A stretch of 64,000 nucleotides of DNA from Toensbergia leucococca (taxonomy: Eukaryota), in assembly GCA_022813965.1 (NCBI GenBank), contig JALDZS010000004.1:124001-188000 (forward strand), written 5' to 3'. Shown here piece after piece: positions 37,352-50,472 of the stretch (the stretch's first letter is position 1; the number at the start of each line of letters is the position of its first letter). A program made the position numbers and the translations under genes. The notes below the pieces were generated by a model. The model was not told the DNA's origin. It made no database searches and was given only the letters and a program-made list of their open reading frames with translations.

Positions 37352-40300
37352 TCATCGTACAGAAATCCCAGACCTCTTGGTGTACATCCTTGCGGCAATG
37401 TTCATCGAAGCTAGTTCTTGGAAAAGGAGCTTCGCCGCGTACGGAATGTGCACTTGCGAGATCCTCGTCTTGTTCTTGCATGGCCGGCATTCGAACGAGT
37501 TCTTCTTGAGGTTACTATCGTCAAAGTTAGCCATTGGTCAAACCTTCGACAGCATCATTCGCCGTCAACTTACGCAACTGGCGTCATCAGCCCACAAATG
37601 TCACAAATGTGTACTCGGAACGCATCCGACACCTCGAATAGCCGCTCCTTCAAGAATGCACTTGCACCGTGTGATATCATGCAATCTCGCTCCATCTCTC
37701 CAAACCGGAGGCCACCATCTCTAGCTCTGCCCTCAACAGGTTGTCTGGTCAATATTTGTACGGGTCCCCGCGCTCGTGCATGTATCTTATCATCCACCAT
37801 ATGCCGTAAGCGCTGATAGTACGTAGGCCCGAGGAAAACCTGAGCGACCAGCTTACGTCCCGTGTGACCATTGTACATGACCTCGAACCCTCGGGATTGA
37901 TAACCATGCTCGCGAAGCAACCTGGAGACTGAGTCGACAGTGACTTCGGTGAAGGGAGTGGCGTCGCCTTCATAACCCCGCAGAGAAGAAACTTTACTCA
38001 ATTGACACTCAATCAAATGAGCAATCGTCATTCGCGATGGAATAGCATGCGGGTTGATGATCAGATCTGGCACAACACCCTCACTGGTGAACGGCATGTC
38101 TTCCTGACGGTACGTGATGCCAATAGTACCTTTTTGACCGTGACGCGAAGCAAATTTGTCTCCAATCTGAGGGATTTTAGTGGTCCGCATTCTGACTTTG
38201 ACGAATCGTAAACCATCGGCATTAGTTGTCAAGAGAACCTTATCAACGATGCCATTTTCCGTGCTTCGTAGTGGTGTTGAGACATCCCGCTTGACGTGCA
38301 GCTTCGTCCGCTGTCCTAACTCTTCAGCGTCTGTGGCAATAGGCGCAGTCTTTCCAATGACAATGTCCTCGCCTGAAACGCGAACGCCTGGAGAGACGAG
38401 TCCGTCATCATCAAGCTTATCATAAGTACCATGTTTGAGCTTTAGAGTATCACTCCGCATCGGCTTCTCAAATTGTTCAATCGTGTCTGAGCCGACTCGC
38501 TTTTCTTGATCCGAGTACGCTCGATAGAAAAGACTGCGAAAGAGACCGCGATCAATGCTGCTTTGGTTCATGATAACTGAATCTTCTTGATTATAGCCCG
38601 AATAACATGCAATGGCAACAATTGCGTTTTGCCCCGCTGGAAGCTCCCGGAATTTGAGGAATTCCATTGATCTTGTGGTAGCCAGAGGCTTCTGAGGGTA
38701 GTAAAGGATGTTCGCCATGGTATCCATGCGTTCATCAAAGTTTGTTAGGAAGACGCCCATTGCTTGTTTACCCATAGCGGATTGATATGTATTTCGAGGA
38801 GACTTGATGAGTAATTAGTGACGTGCCTCATCAAGTATATTACAGAGCCTACCTGGTTATGATCTGGGAATGGAATGATGCTTGCACAAATCCCCAAGAT
38901 CATACTCGGGTGGATCTCGCAGTGAGTCCATGTGTGCGCGGTCCTATTTACAGGAGCCTTGACACGTTTATTGGGATCGTCGGTGTTATCAGGCAACACG
39001 AAGCCAGCTTGTAATTGCCTGGAAATTTCCAGATCTTCCGGAGTCATCACGATCATGATGGTTTCTTCCTCTTCAGCATCGACATACTCTATCACTCCTG
39101 AGTTCACCAGTCCTTGCCAGCCCATGGATATATCTCCCTCGTCCTGATCCAAGTCTGCCCCGTTTTCTCTCTCGTCTTCTAATCTTTGAATATGGTTCTT
39201 AGTCAACACAAGATTACCACAGTTTGCACTCTTAGGGTCGTTGTCGATAACAAAAAGCGGTCGGCAAACTCGACCAGCATCGGTAAAAATCTTGAACTCC
39301 CGATCTCGAATATCACGTACTAAACTGACTTCATGAGAGATTGTGGTCCCCCTTCGCAGCGCTTGCACGGTGCGGAACAAATGTGCTGGGTCCCGATGAA
39401 CGCCAACCCACACACCATTCACGAAGATTTTAGTCACGTGTGGAGATCTTTGGGGTTCATACTCTTCAAGTACTTCCATATTTCTTTGAATCATGAAATC
39501 GACAATTGGTTCGCTAGGCGAACCGACGGTAATGTAGCACATAAGGGCTAGATTCTTCACAAGGCCGCAAGCCTGCCCTTCCGGCGTTTCGGCTGGACAG
39601 ACCAGCCCCCAATGCGTGTTATGAAGCTGGCGTGGCTTTGCGATTTTACCATCGCGGCCGATTGGGGTATTAGTACGTCGAAGGTGTGATAGAGTAGAAG
39701 CAAAAGTATAACGATTTAGCACCTGAGAAACGCCCGCTTTAGAAGACGCGGCTTTCTTCTGGTCGCCCCAATTACCAGTTGCAAGGGAGTATTTCAATCC
39801 ATTCGTCAGTGTCGAGGACTTGACTCCCAGGGTCAAATTGAACTCGCGACCGCCTTCCACACACTTTTGCAGATACTTGTAAACATCTTTCGTAAGCTTG
39901 TTGAACAGCATTCTGAAGAGGCCAGCCAGAAGAGGTCCAGCAAGATCCAACCGCTTTTTCCCGAAGTGGTCTCGGTCGTCGACATCTCTTCGACCAAGAG
40001 CACATTGTAACATACGGTGGATCATGTACCCGAGAAAGAACGCTTTTCGAGTCTCATTGCCTTCGGACTGCGAAATGTGTGGCAACAGTTCTTTCTGCAT
40101 GATGTCACGTGCATACTTGACACGTTTGTCTTTAGTGATGCCCTGCGAGTTACCACGCTTGCCAATGAAGTCAAGAGCTATCTCCCGATCTTGGATCACG
40201 AAGGCTTCTTCAAGGCAAGGTTTCAGCATTTCCAGCATCGGCGTGTCATTGCGATCGTAGCAGATGTGATTTAATATGTCCTCGTCTGATACCACACCCA

Positions 40301-41225
40301 GGGCTCGAAAAACGATAGCGATTGGGATCTCGCTTTTGACGTACGGTAGGGTTGACTTGATTGTTTGGCCAAAACCAGCTTTGGATCCTTCACTCTTCGC
40401 GAAGAGCTTTATTTGCATACTAGATATGAGCCTTGAGCCTTTTTCGACAGCGCTGCGGATTTCGGCAACGTATGGAGTAGCGGTAGGATTTGCTTTCTTA
40501 AAGACTTGTACGATGTTGGCCGCGCTTCGTTCCTGTGCGATGAGAACCTTCTCGCTACCGTTGATAATAAAGTATCCTCCTTGATCATATGGACATTCTT
40601 GGATGTTATATAAATCAGACTCGCTGAGATCCTTGAGTAGGCAATATTCTGACTTCAGCATGATTGGTAGTTTCCCCACAAAGACCTTTGTCGGTTCCTC
40701 AGCAACACTATCCTCGTCCTCCCAATGCAAATATGTACCTGCGGTAGGCTTTTCATGATCATCATCCTCACCAGCGCCTCCTTCTTCATCGCTGTTTTCA
40801 AGCACGGCCCTCTCCCGTGCTATTTTTACCGATTTGGTCATCTCAAGATACATAGGACTGGAATATGTCAGGTTTCGTACGCGCGCTTCCTGAGGCAACA
40901 AGCCCATTGTAAAACCATCACCTTCGGTCATGGTGGGTCTCGAGATCATAACGCTCCCAAACTTAATTTCATATCTCCTCGCTATAATGGGGTCCGAAGG
41001 ATCGTCTGACGGTGGATCATTTTGATCGAGGGTAAGTGTTGAGTTCTCCTCGACTAGCTCTTGTATCGTGGTTACAATGAACTCATCGAAAGAGTCAAGT
41101 TGCTGCGACACGAGGCCTTTGGTTTCGAAGAAAGATGATATAACGGTCCAGCAGTCCTCAGCAGTGATTCCCTCATCTTCCTCATCGAGGTATTCATCTC
41201 CATAAGTATCCTCGTACGTCGCCAT
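37352..41225 (-). CDS. RPB2: DNA-directed RNA polymerase II second-largest subunit; introns ~38853-38803 and ~37572-37515
   Basis: [87 protein letters not shown]. Confidence 0.99.
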
Positions 41226-41922
41226 CACAGCTGTTGGGGGACTTGGACTATAGTCTCGATTTGTATCTAAGTAGGCCAGATGTAAAGAAAAGTTTGGCCC
41301 TTTGACTGAAAGGAGACGAGGGTGGAATCGTGGCTGCGCCGAAGCTCACTCCGGATTATGTTTCAAATTCAGTAGAGATTCCACATGAGCACTGGATGCA
41401 CGGTATTCAAAAGTTAGTAGGTATGGAAACACTGCACTGTACTTGAGCGGAAGTGAGGTGGAAGACTGAAGGGAGGTTGTCAAGTCAGTATCAAGCTTCG
41501 AGGAATCGAGGAATGAAGCCGCAAATTGCTTGATTTTAGCGCCGGAAATAGGCGAGTCAGCCCTATGTTGTGTAACCACCAGCGAGTGGGAGGAATATGC
41601 AACTCCAGCCACGTGAATGAGGCTTTACTCGTAAATTGTCAAAACTGCATTCATTGAGCAGTTTCTCTACAGGCCTGGGAGGCTGTGCTCCTGCAGTCGA
41701 TGACCAACAAGCGTTCTTGCCTGCATCACCCGCCTAACACGGCTAATTTGTGCCGTGGTATCCACCTCAGGCCCCTCGGGCGTTGTTCTTTGAAAGCCTT
41801 ACTCGCCTCACTACTATATCAATGACTTTCTCAGACATTAGCTTCCTCAAAATCAGCGAAGAAGTTGACACTGTTAGGACGAAATATGTAGAGAGAGCTT
41901 CAGCAGACTCTCAACCCTCATT

Positions 41923-44140
41923 ATGACAAGATCACAGAAGCCGCCAAAGCTACCTGTCCAGCAATTGCTGATACTGTGTAAGTCTGGAAATGGAGAACTC
42001 TAAACAGCCAATACTAATCTAGATGCCGTATAGCAATATGTCGCTTTGCGGAGCCAGGCAAGTTTCAGCTCTCGCTAGGTAGAGGCATGCAATATCACTA
42101 AGAATGGGACCTACCTAGTCATTCTAACATCGGTTTTCCCGTACCTTGTGAGCTATGTCTCTATGTCAGACCACATTCATAACTGACGAGTTTCCAGCCG
42201 GAGATGATTGAAAGTTTTGACGTACCTAAAAATAAGGTTGCAAAATGGGCTGGCATTACCTCTGCTGTTTTCTCTCTCAGCCAGTGTACTACAGGTGTTG
42301 CCTGGGGCCGAGCTTCCGACCGTTTTGGCCGAAAGCCTATTATCCTACTCGGCATGACCTGTACGATGCTTTCGAGTCTCTTTTTTGGCTTCTCGCGGTC
42401 ATTGCCAGCCGCAATTGTTGCTAGATCCTTGGCTGGAGCGAGTAATGGAAACGTTGGCATCATGAGGACAACGGTGGCAGAAATGGTCCCTTGGAAAGAA
42501 CTACAGCCTAGGGCATTTAGTGTAATGCCACTGATCTGGACGATAGGTAGCCTTCCCCGACATCATTCGTCTTTATCTCAATACTCAATTTTGGTTCTAA
42601 CCAACAACAACAGGGAGCATTTTTGGTCCTGCATTCGGTGGTGCACTGGCTAATCCCGCTTCGCGATTTCCTGATACTTTTGGTAACAGCAAACTTCTAA
42701 AGAGATATCCATTTGCTTTGCCAAATATAGTGTCATCTCTATTCTTCTTCGTGGGCCTTGTCACTGGTATATTATTCTTGAAAGTAAGGTCCTTTTTCAT
42801 GAGGAAAAGTCAACTTCACGGGAGCTAAGATGCGCCAGGAAACCCTCGAAACAAGAAAGCACCGTCGTGACTATGGTCGGACAATTGGCAAGATCCTCGT
42901 CCGAGCGTTCACGCCAAAAAGAAAGCAGAGCAAATGGCCACACGATGACGAGTCGTCAGCTTCACTACTAAAACATCAGCGTACGTCCTCGGAATCCACG
43001 ATTCAATATGAAAGCAATCACATACAACATCAACCCAAGGTCGATCAATCTACTCCATCCTATCGAGAGGTCTTCTCCCGTCAATCAAACATCAATCTAC
43101 TCGCCTACAGCCTCTTAGCCCTCCATTCCGTAGCCTACGACCAACTCCTTCCAATCTTCATGCACCATCCACAACAAAGCCACTCCTCAAACCCCGATAT
43201 CAGCCTTCCTTTCAAATTCGCAGGTGGCTTCGGTATAGATGTTAGTGCTCACTCTTGACCAACGTCCCCACCCCAATAATTGACTCCTACTTTATAGTCT
43301 GAACGCATCGGCCTTCTCTTTACCCTCTACGGCATCATCGGCATGATAATCCAATTCCTCATCTTTCCCCCCGTAGCCCGCTACTACGGCATACTTCCAT
43401 GTTTCAAAGTTTGTACACTCGTCTTCCCCATCGTCTATATCATCACCCCATTTACCGCCCTTCTCCCTACACCCTTAACCCAACAAACTGTGATTCTCGT
43501 TGTCATGTTCTTCAAGTGCTGGGCCGTCATATTCGCTTTCCCTTGTAGCACGATCCTCCTCACCAATTCAGCCGTCAGTCTCCGAATTCTCGGCACCTTG
43601 AATGGGGTGGCAACCAGTGTAAGTGCTTTAGGGAGAGCCGTCGGACCGGCGCTTGCGGGGTGGACCTTTTCGATGGGGGTAGATGCTGGTTATGTAATTG
43701 TGCCGTGGTGGATTATGGCGGGATTTGCAGCCCTGGGAGCAGTACCTGTATGGTGGCTTGTGGAGATGGAGGGATTCGGCGGAATGGATGACTCTAGCTC
43801 CGAAGGCGAGGATGAAGTGGCAATGCCGAACAGCACTGGGGAAGGCGATGGAGAAGGGGCCGAACTACTTGCTGAGGAGGAACGAGGGGTGGAAGAGGAA
43901 CATGAGGACGGGATTGGGGCTGAAGCGGGGAAAGCGCCGGTGTCTACGCAAGATTTGTCCCCAAAATTGGGTCCCAGCACGGGAACGATGCCGGGTGCCG
44001 GATCGCTCCTGAGGAGGATGTCGAGTCCGTTGGGGATGAAGGAGGGGATTGGGCCTGGGGGAGACCGGAGGCTAAGTAATGGGCTCGGGCAATCGAGGAG
44101 CGGATTTGGGGCTGCCGGAACTTCGTTCTCCGAACCTTGA
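41923..44140 (+). CDS. MFS transporter (ZIFL/YCR023C-like); multi-exon with short 5' exons and one GC-AG intron
   Basis: Spliced N-terminus KLPVQQLLILSICRFAEPVILTSVFPYLPEMIESF; motif A WGRASDRFGRKP; ARSLAGASNGNVG; QPRAFS; LGTLNGVATS...GRAVGP. Confidence 0.9.
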
Positions 44141-44901
44141 GGGCAGACTTTCAAGGGGAGGAATGAAGTGAGTAAGTAATATTCTGCTGGAATTATAGAA
44201 GAGTAGACGGTAGATGTGAGCGTACAAGGTTTTACAGTTGATCGGCAAGTTGGTGGAATCCGAGGGTTGATGAGCCAGGTGACTGATGAAGCAACTGCTT
44301 GAAAGACTTATTTTAATAGCGGATTCATCGACGTTAAGGTAGGTAGTGATGTAGGTATAGTAAGCATCATGATTGTTCAAACAGGCCTTCTTCCGATTTT
44401 TCTATTTTAGGCGCTCATACAAGGGTAGGTAGGTACCACAATTCTACATAGAATATCATATCCACAGTCAGGTAGCGCAAAGATCACTATCCTAGTACCG
44501 GTACCTTACCTACACGCGCTCCCGGAAGTGGATTATTTCAGGTGCCTCAGACGGTCAAAATCACTGAAGTGACCCCACAACGCCCCCTTTGGCTGGCTAC
44601 CTCTGCTTGCTGGCTGTGGTCCGAGGCAATGAGGCAACAGGGGTAAATATGTTAGATATAAATCTGCATGGGGCGGGTAGCGATAACCCCGCCATCACAA
44701 TGATCATTTTCGTGTCTGTTGCGTGACGTACTCACTCATGTTAAAGAATATCTGCTCGAAGAACAGGAGGATAGCTAGAGCGACAATATCGAATAAGGCA
44801 TGAAAAGGCAGGAGCTTTAGTGTGGAAGTATGTTTTCTGCACATTTCATCCTATTATTCATGCCCTGACTCGTTTCAATGTTGAGCGACTAGAAAGTGGC
44901 A

Positions 44902-47350
44902 ATGGCCTCCTATAACGAACAAACTCCATTAATACAAGTTGTGCGAATTGCTCCGCAACGGCAACGCTACAGCCACAGCACGCTGCGACGATTCTGCACA
45001 ACCTCTCTGGGAGTAATTCTGATTGTTGTTGTCGCTCTGTTCCTCATACCTCTCGCATGGTGGCCTGGGAGTCGCATTGACGGCGGACATCATGGACATT
45101 ATGAACATCACCTACGACCATCGCCGAATCCACACAAGGACTGGCCAAGCAGCGACGGCGTTTCCTACAAAGAGCTCCAGGAGCTACTTTTAACCACTCC
45201 CAATGAGGATAAGGCTAGGGAATGGAGCGAGTATTACACAGCTGGGCCGCACCTTGCGGGTAAAAACCTAAGTCAAGCTATCTGGACAAAGGAGAAGTGG
45301 CAAGAGTTTGGTGTTGAGGACTCTAGTATCGTCGCCTACGATACTTATATCAATTATCCACTGGGCCATCGATTGGCATTACTTGAGAAAGTTGGCAAGA
45401 CCAAAGAATACTTGCCCGCGCAAGAGGAAGATGGGATAGCAGACTATAAAATCAATTACGAATGTATCATGGAAGAGGATGTCTTAGAGGAAGATAGCAC
45501 AACTGGCTTAAAGGATCGGATTCCTACATTTCACGGATACTCTGCCAGCGGCAATGTAACTGCCCAATATGTTTACGTCAACTTCGGGACGTACCAAGAT
45601 TTCGAAGATTTAGTCAAAGCGAACATCAGTCTTGAAGGGAACATTGCCATTGTAAAGTATGGCCGTATCTTTAGAGGCCTTAAGGTGAAGCGTGCACAGG
45701 AGCTTGGTATGGCTGGAATGGTCATTTACACGGATCCGCAAGAGGACGGAGAGATGACAGAAGAAAACGGATATAAGCCTTACCCAGATGGTCCAGCAAG
45801 AAATCCCAGTAGTGTTCAACGAGGGAGCACTCAATTTCTAAGTATGAGAACGCAAATTTAAATCTACCCTTTTAAGATTGCTAAAATTAGTAGGTATAGC
45901 ACCCGGAGATCCCACCACGCCAGGCTATCCTTCTAAGCCAGGTGTCCCTCGCGAAGACCCCAAGCACTCCACCCCATCTATTCCCTCAGTACCAATTTCC
46001 TATCTGGACGCTCTTCCTATCCTGAAAGCTCTGAATGGCCATGGGCCGAAGGCATCCGATTTCAACAAGTTCTGGCAGGGCGGTGGCCTTGGGTACAAAG
46101 GCGTCGAATACAATATTGGCCCTTCACCTTCGGATATCGTGCTAAATCTTGTCAACGAACAAGAATACGTGACAACGCCATTGTGGAATGTCATAGGCAT
46201 CATCAACGGTTCTCTCTCTGATGAAGTAATTGTGCTCGGTAATCATCGCGATGCTTGGATTGCGGGCGGAGCCGTTGACCCCAATAGTGGATCTGCTGCC
46301 TTGAATGAATTAGTCCGCAGCTTTGGTATAGCCCTCCAAAAGGGATGGAAGCCTCTTCGTACAATCGTTTTCGCCAGCTGGGACGGTGAAGAGTATGGCC
46401 TAATCGGCTCAACGGAATGGGTAGAAGAGTACATTCCTTGGCTTTCCAAGGCTGCAGTAGCATACCTTAATGTCGACGTCGGCACGCGGGGTCCAGCTTT
46501 TGCCTGTGCAGCCTCACCGTTACTCAAGAAGGGTATACACGAAGCTACATCTCTCGTGCAATCCCCGAACCAAACTATCAAAGGCCAAACCGTTTTCGAT
46601 CTCTGGGACAAAAGCATCCGTACCATGGGCTCTGGCTCCGATTTCACCGCGTTCCAAGACTACGCCGGCATCCCCAGCATCGACCTCGGCTTTGGCAGCT
46701 CCGCCGGCAGCCCCGTCTACCACTACCACTCCAACTACGACAGCTTTGACTGGATGGACAAGTTCGGCGACGCCACCTGGCAATACCACACCACCATCAC
46801 CAAAGTCTGGGCCCTCCTCGCCGCAAACCTAGCCGAGACGCCTGTGATCCAATTCAATACCACAGACTACGCCCAAAGTCTAGCCGCCTATCTCGAATCC
46901 GTCCAAAACAAAGCTGCCGCCTCCGCGGACCCGCACATGCGCTCCCTCTCCTTCGCCGCCCTCTCAAACGCAATCACCCGCCTCCAAGCCGCCACCCTCG
47001 CCTTCGACGCCCACGCCTCCTCCGTCGCAAGCTCCCTCGCCAAACCCATTCCCTGGTGGAGCTGGTGGCGCAGATCCGCCCTGCACCGCCAGGCGGGCAT
47101 CGTCAATGACAAGTACAAGTATTTCGAACGGCAATTTTTACACGCCGAGGGGCTGGACGGGAGAAATTGGTTCAAGCATGTTGTCTTTGCGCCGGGGATT
47201 TGGACGGGGTATTCTGGTGCCGTGTTTCCTGGGTTGGTGGAGAGTATTGAGGCTGGGGATAAGATGGGGGTTAGGCGGTGGAGTGGGATTATCGAGGGGA
47301 ATGTGGAGAGTGCGACTGGGTTGTTGAAGGGAAAGAAGTGGAGGCTTTAG
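44902..47350 (+). CDS. M28 glutamate carboxypeptidase II / Vps70-Tre1-like type II membrane protein (PA and TfR-dimerisation domains); one intron ~45842-45893
   Basis: N-terminal TM helix, YYTAGPHLAG, FRGLKVKRAQ, SVQRGS, GNHRDAW, DPNSGSA, SWDGEEYGLIGSTEW, GSGSDF, YHYHSNYD, WFKHVVFAPG. Confidence 0.92.
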
Positions 47351-47700
47351 TGAAGGGAGGGGCTGGGTTTTGTTTGGTGGATGTTGGGTATGTGCAAAGG
47401 AGCGTAGATTCTTGTATTTCTTTTGTTGTTTTTATGGGGAAAAATGAGAAAATGGGGGAAGAAATGGTCAAGGAAAATGAGGACTTGGGTCCCTAGACTA
47501 TCCATTGCAACAGGAATGACGGAATGCCTGCAGTGTATCAGAATTCTTATCCCATCACAACGTTAATGTTGAATGGAAGTAAAACTTTAAAAGAGTGGAG
47601 TTCTCCTTGGTTCTACCACCTCTCCGACCCCAAAAGCACACGCCTGAATTTCACCTCTCGGTGAAACAAATATAGCAATCTCAGCCCCAAGCCAACCCTC

Positions 47701-48789
47701 CTACCTCTTCTGATTCCTCATCCCCAAAATCTGCACCATCCGGATAAAAATGTTCAGAAAGTCCAACTCCAGACCAATACTCTCATTCACCGCATCCTTG
47801 GGAATTAGTCCTCTCTCCGCCTGCCGCGCATGCATGAGCACCTTTTGCACGTCATACAGCGTGAAGCCCCCAAACACTGCCAGTCCCCCATAGAGCCAAA
47901 TATTCTCCGTCCACATCAATGTGCGCGCTGCCGTCGCAGGGAGGATCAGGGGCGCGAAGCCCGATACCGCGACTATGGCGACGCCGGCTAGGAGGGGCCC
48001 GCCGAGGTACAGGTATTTTTCTTGCTTGGCGGTTGCGCCGACGAAGGCGATGCTGCCCATCATTGCGATGGTGTAGAGGCCGGCGCGGGCGAGGAGGACA
48101 GGTTGGAGGAACATTAGAGGGGAAAGAAGCGCAGCTTGGGCGAGGTTGAAGCCAGTCCATAGGGCGTATTTTTGGACGTAGCTGGTGCGGAAGGTTAGAT
48201 TTTTATGGTATTGGGACGGGAGGGGACGGGGGTGGGTGGCGGCTCACTTGTCTGGGTGAGTGGCAAAGCAGCCGTACATTGTACCTATGCTTGTTGCGAG
48301 GCCCACACCGAGAACGACCCATGGGTTTGTGGCCATTAATTTGTAACTCCAGCCGCTTCGGTGCAGTGCCTGGGCCGCAACCCCGATGATGCCTATGCCC
48401 AATCCTGTGTGCATGAAGGTCTCGTTCAGGTACTGACGTTCGAAGGCTGGCATACCACCATCTTCGCGTGTCTCGCGGTTGAAGACGAGGTTGATGGCGA
48501 CGAGGGTGGCGCCTGTGATGCCGGCGCCATAGAGCAGGCGTTGCGTCAGATTACCGGAGTCCGGGCGGGAGACTTGGTAGGGTTGCTGCATATAGTTTCG
48601 AGCAGACTGGAAGGCATGGCGAGATTTGGTGAGGGTTGTGATTGTGGGGACGGGGGTTTTGGAGATGAAGAAGGTGGGTGAGGGTTTGAGGGGGGAGGCG
48701 TGGAATGCGCGGGATGTGGGGATGGTGGATTTGGAGATTTGTCTGAGGGCCTGTGGGAGGGCAAGTGGACGGCGAAGGGCGAAAGCCAT
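47701..48789 (-). CDS. Bax inhibitor-1 family protein, GHITM/MICS1-like (mitochondrial); one intron ~48246-48183
   Basis: Basic presequence MAFALRRP, then NRETREDGGM, YLNETFMHTGLG, AGLYT..MMGSIAFVGATA, YLYLGGPLLAG, YGGLAVFGGFTLYDVQK, ELDFLNIFIR. Confidence 0.92.
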
Positions 48790-50472
48790 TATTGATAAGA
48801 ATTTGTTGAGTGATAGATGTGAAGGAAGTGAGTGATGGAGGTGGTTGTGCGTAAGGTAGATAATGAGAGAGAGGGCCACGGGCCAAATGAATGACGTTTG
48901 AGAAAGTCTTCGTCGGCCGGAAGATTCGAGAAGCGCACTTTTATACGAGTCTTGACATTTACTTTAGTTCTAGAATGCCGAGTTTCTCAGATGATCCCTC
49001 GATTACGATCCTCCTTTACTGATTATGTTACAGATAATACACAGCATTCTACCGTCACTAAAACTAGTGAGACTATACATTTGAACCTCGAATTAAAAAG
49101 AATTTTCTATCCTAGGAAGAAGCAGAGACATTAGTAAACAAACAGAGCTTTCGTCGAGTGTGTTCTGGGGCTAAAATGTTTTTAAACGGAGCGCAATATG
49201 CAATCCAAAGCTCCAAAAGCACCTCCCCAGTCATAGTACACACCCAGGTTGCTTTAGTCATGGTTGCATAGAAGGTATACGATCGAAATTCTCTTGCAGC
49301 CAGCGTGAGTTTTGAGCGAGGAAAAAAACAGAGGCACAGGATTGATGTGTGCATGGTATATCGGCCTGATATACTTTTTGCGGGTAGTCGCTTTTTTTAA
49401 AGGGAGATCAGCAAATACTCGATGTATTAAGTCGTTGACGTTTGACGTGGATGGGATCGCCGTCTTTTGGGGAGATAAACCAAACTTGTACATCAAGCCA
49501 GATAAGAAAATAACTTTTCGGGGCTCTTGTGTCGTGCATTTCCTTTGTGTTCGCGATGTTCGGAAGGTAGGTAATTCGATCTTGGAGGATAAGCCTGCTG
49601 CGAACCCCTACTGAACGACACCTGCCTCCTCTTGAGCCTCCTCGAAAGTCTTGATAGCCATCTCCATACCCTGCATAGCCTCACAAAGTACGGGAGCTCC
49701 GTAAGAATGATCAACATCGAAGACTTGACTTCTCTTCTCAATCTCTCTCCCGAGAATAGCTACCAGTAACTCAATCTCTCCGGACTACTCTAAGACCACA
49801 CGAACAGTAATGGAGAAAAGCAGGCAGGAAGCGATGGCTTCGTAGCCTGTCTTGGTAAGCAATGGCACCAGTAAGCCGAAAGCTTTCTCGGTAGTAGAGT
49901 AAAGCCCATGTGTACGGGAACAAGCACCGGCTTGGAGCTCTGGGTAACCACTTCGGGAATGGTCTACACCAAAGATCTGGCATGTTGCGGGAGGTAAACA
50001 CCTCTGTGTGTTTCTTGGCGCCAGTGGAGTACTCATACGCGTTTCCCGAAGAGTTTGTGGCCTGCTTAAGGTGTATACAGTTGGAAAATGCCAGGCTCAC
50101 CAAGCACTGCCAACATCATGATCTTAGAACGTGAGTAGAGTACTTCATGATACCTTATTCCGGGCCAAATTTCTATTTTGAACACTTATTTCTAGTAGTC
50201 AAGATCTGTGCTGGAACGTAAGCTATCCTTTTGGGCATCAAGGGAGTAAACGCAATCAATTTTGCATTTACTCGGAGCCTGGTGAAGAGTCTCTTGGGCA
50301 TTTGACTTGACGACTTCTTGACCCTGACCGCCTTTTTGTTTACCACGAGATTAGTATTTCATGGCATCAACTTACATCACATGGGCCATATTAGTGTGCT
50401 TGACCAAGAAAACGGTCCATGGGACCGTACTGATGTCAAGGACCGTCAGATTGCTCTTGCAATGTTGTGATT

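Noticed and set aside
37116..37724. 202-aa plus-strand ORF
   Set aside because: Antisense shadow of the RPB2 3' end.
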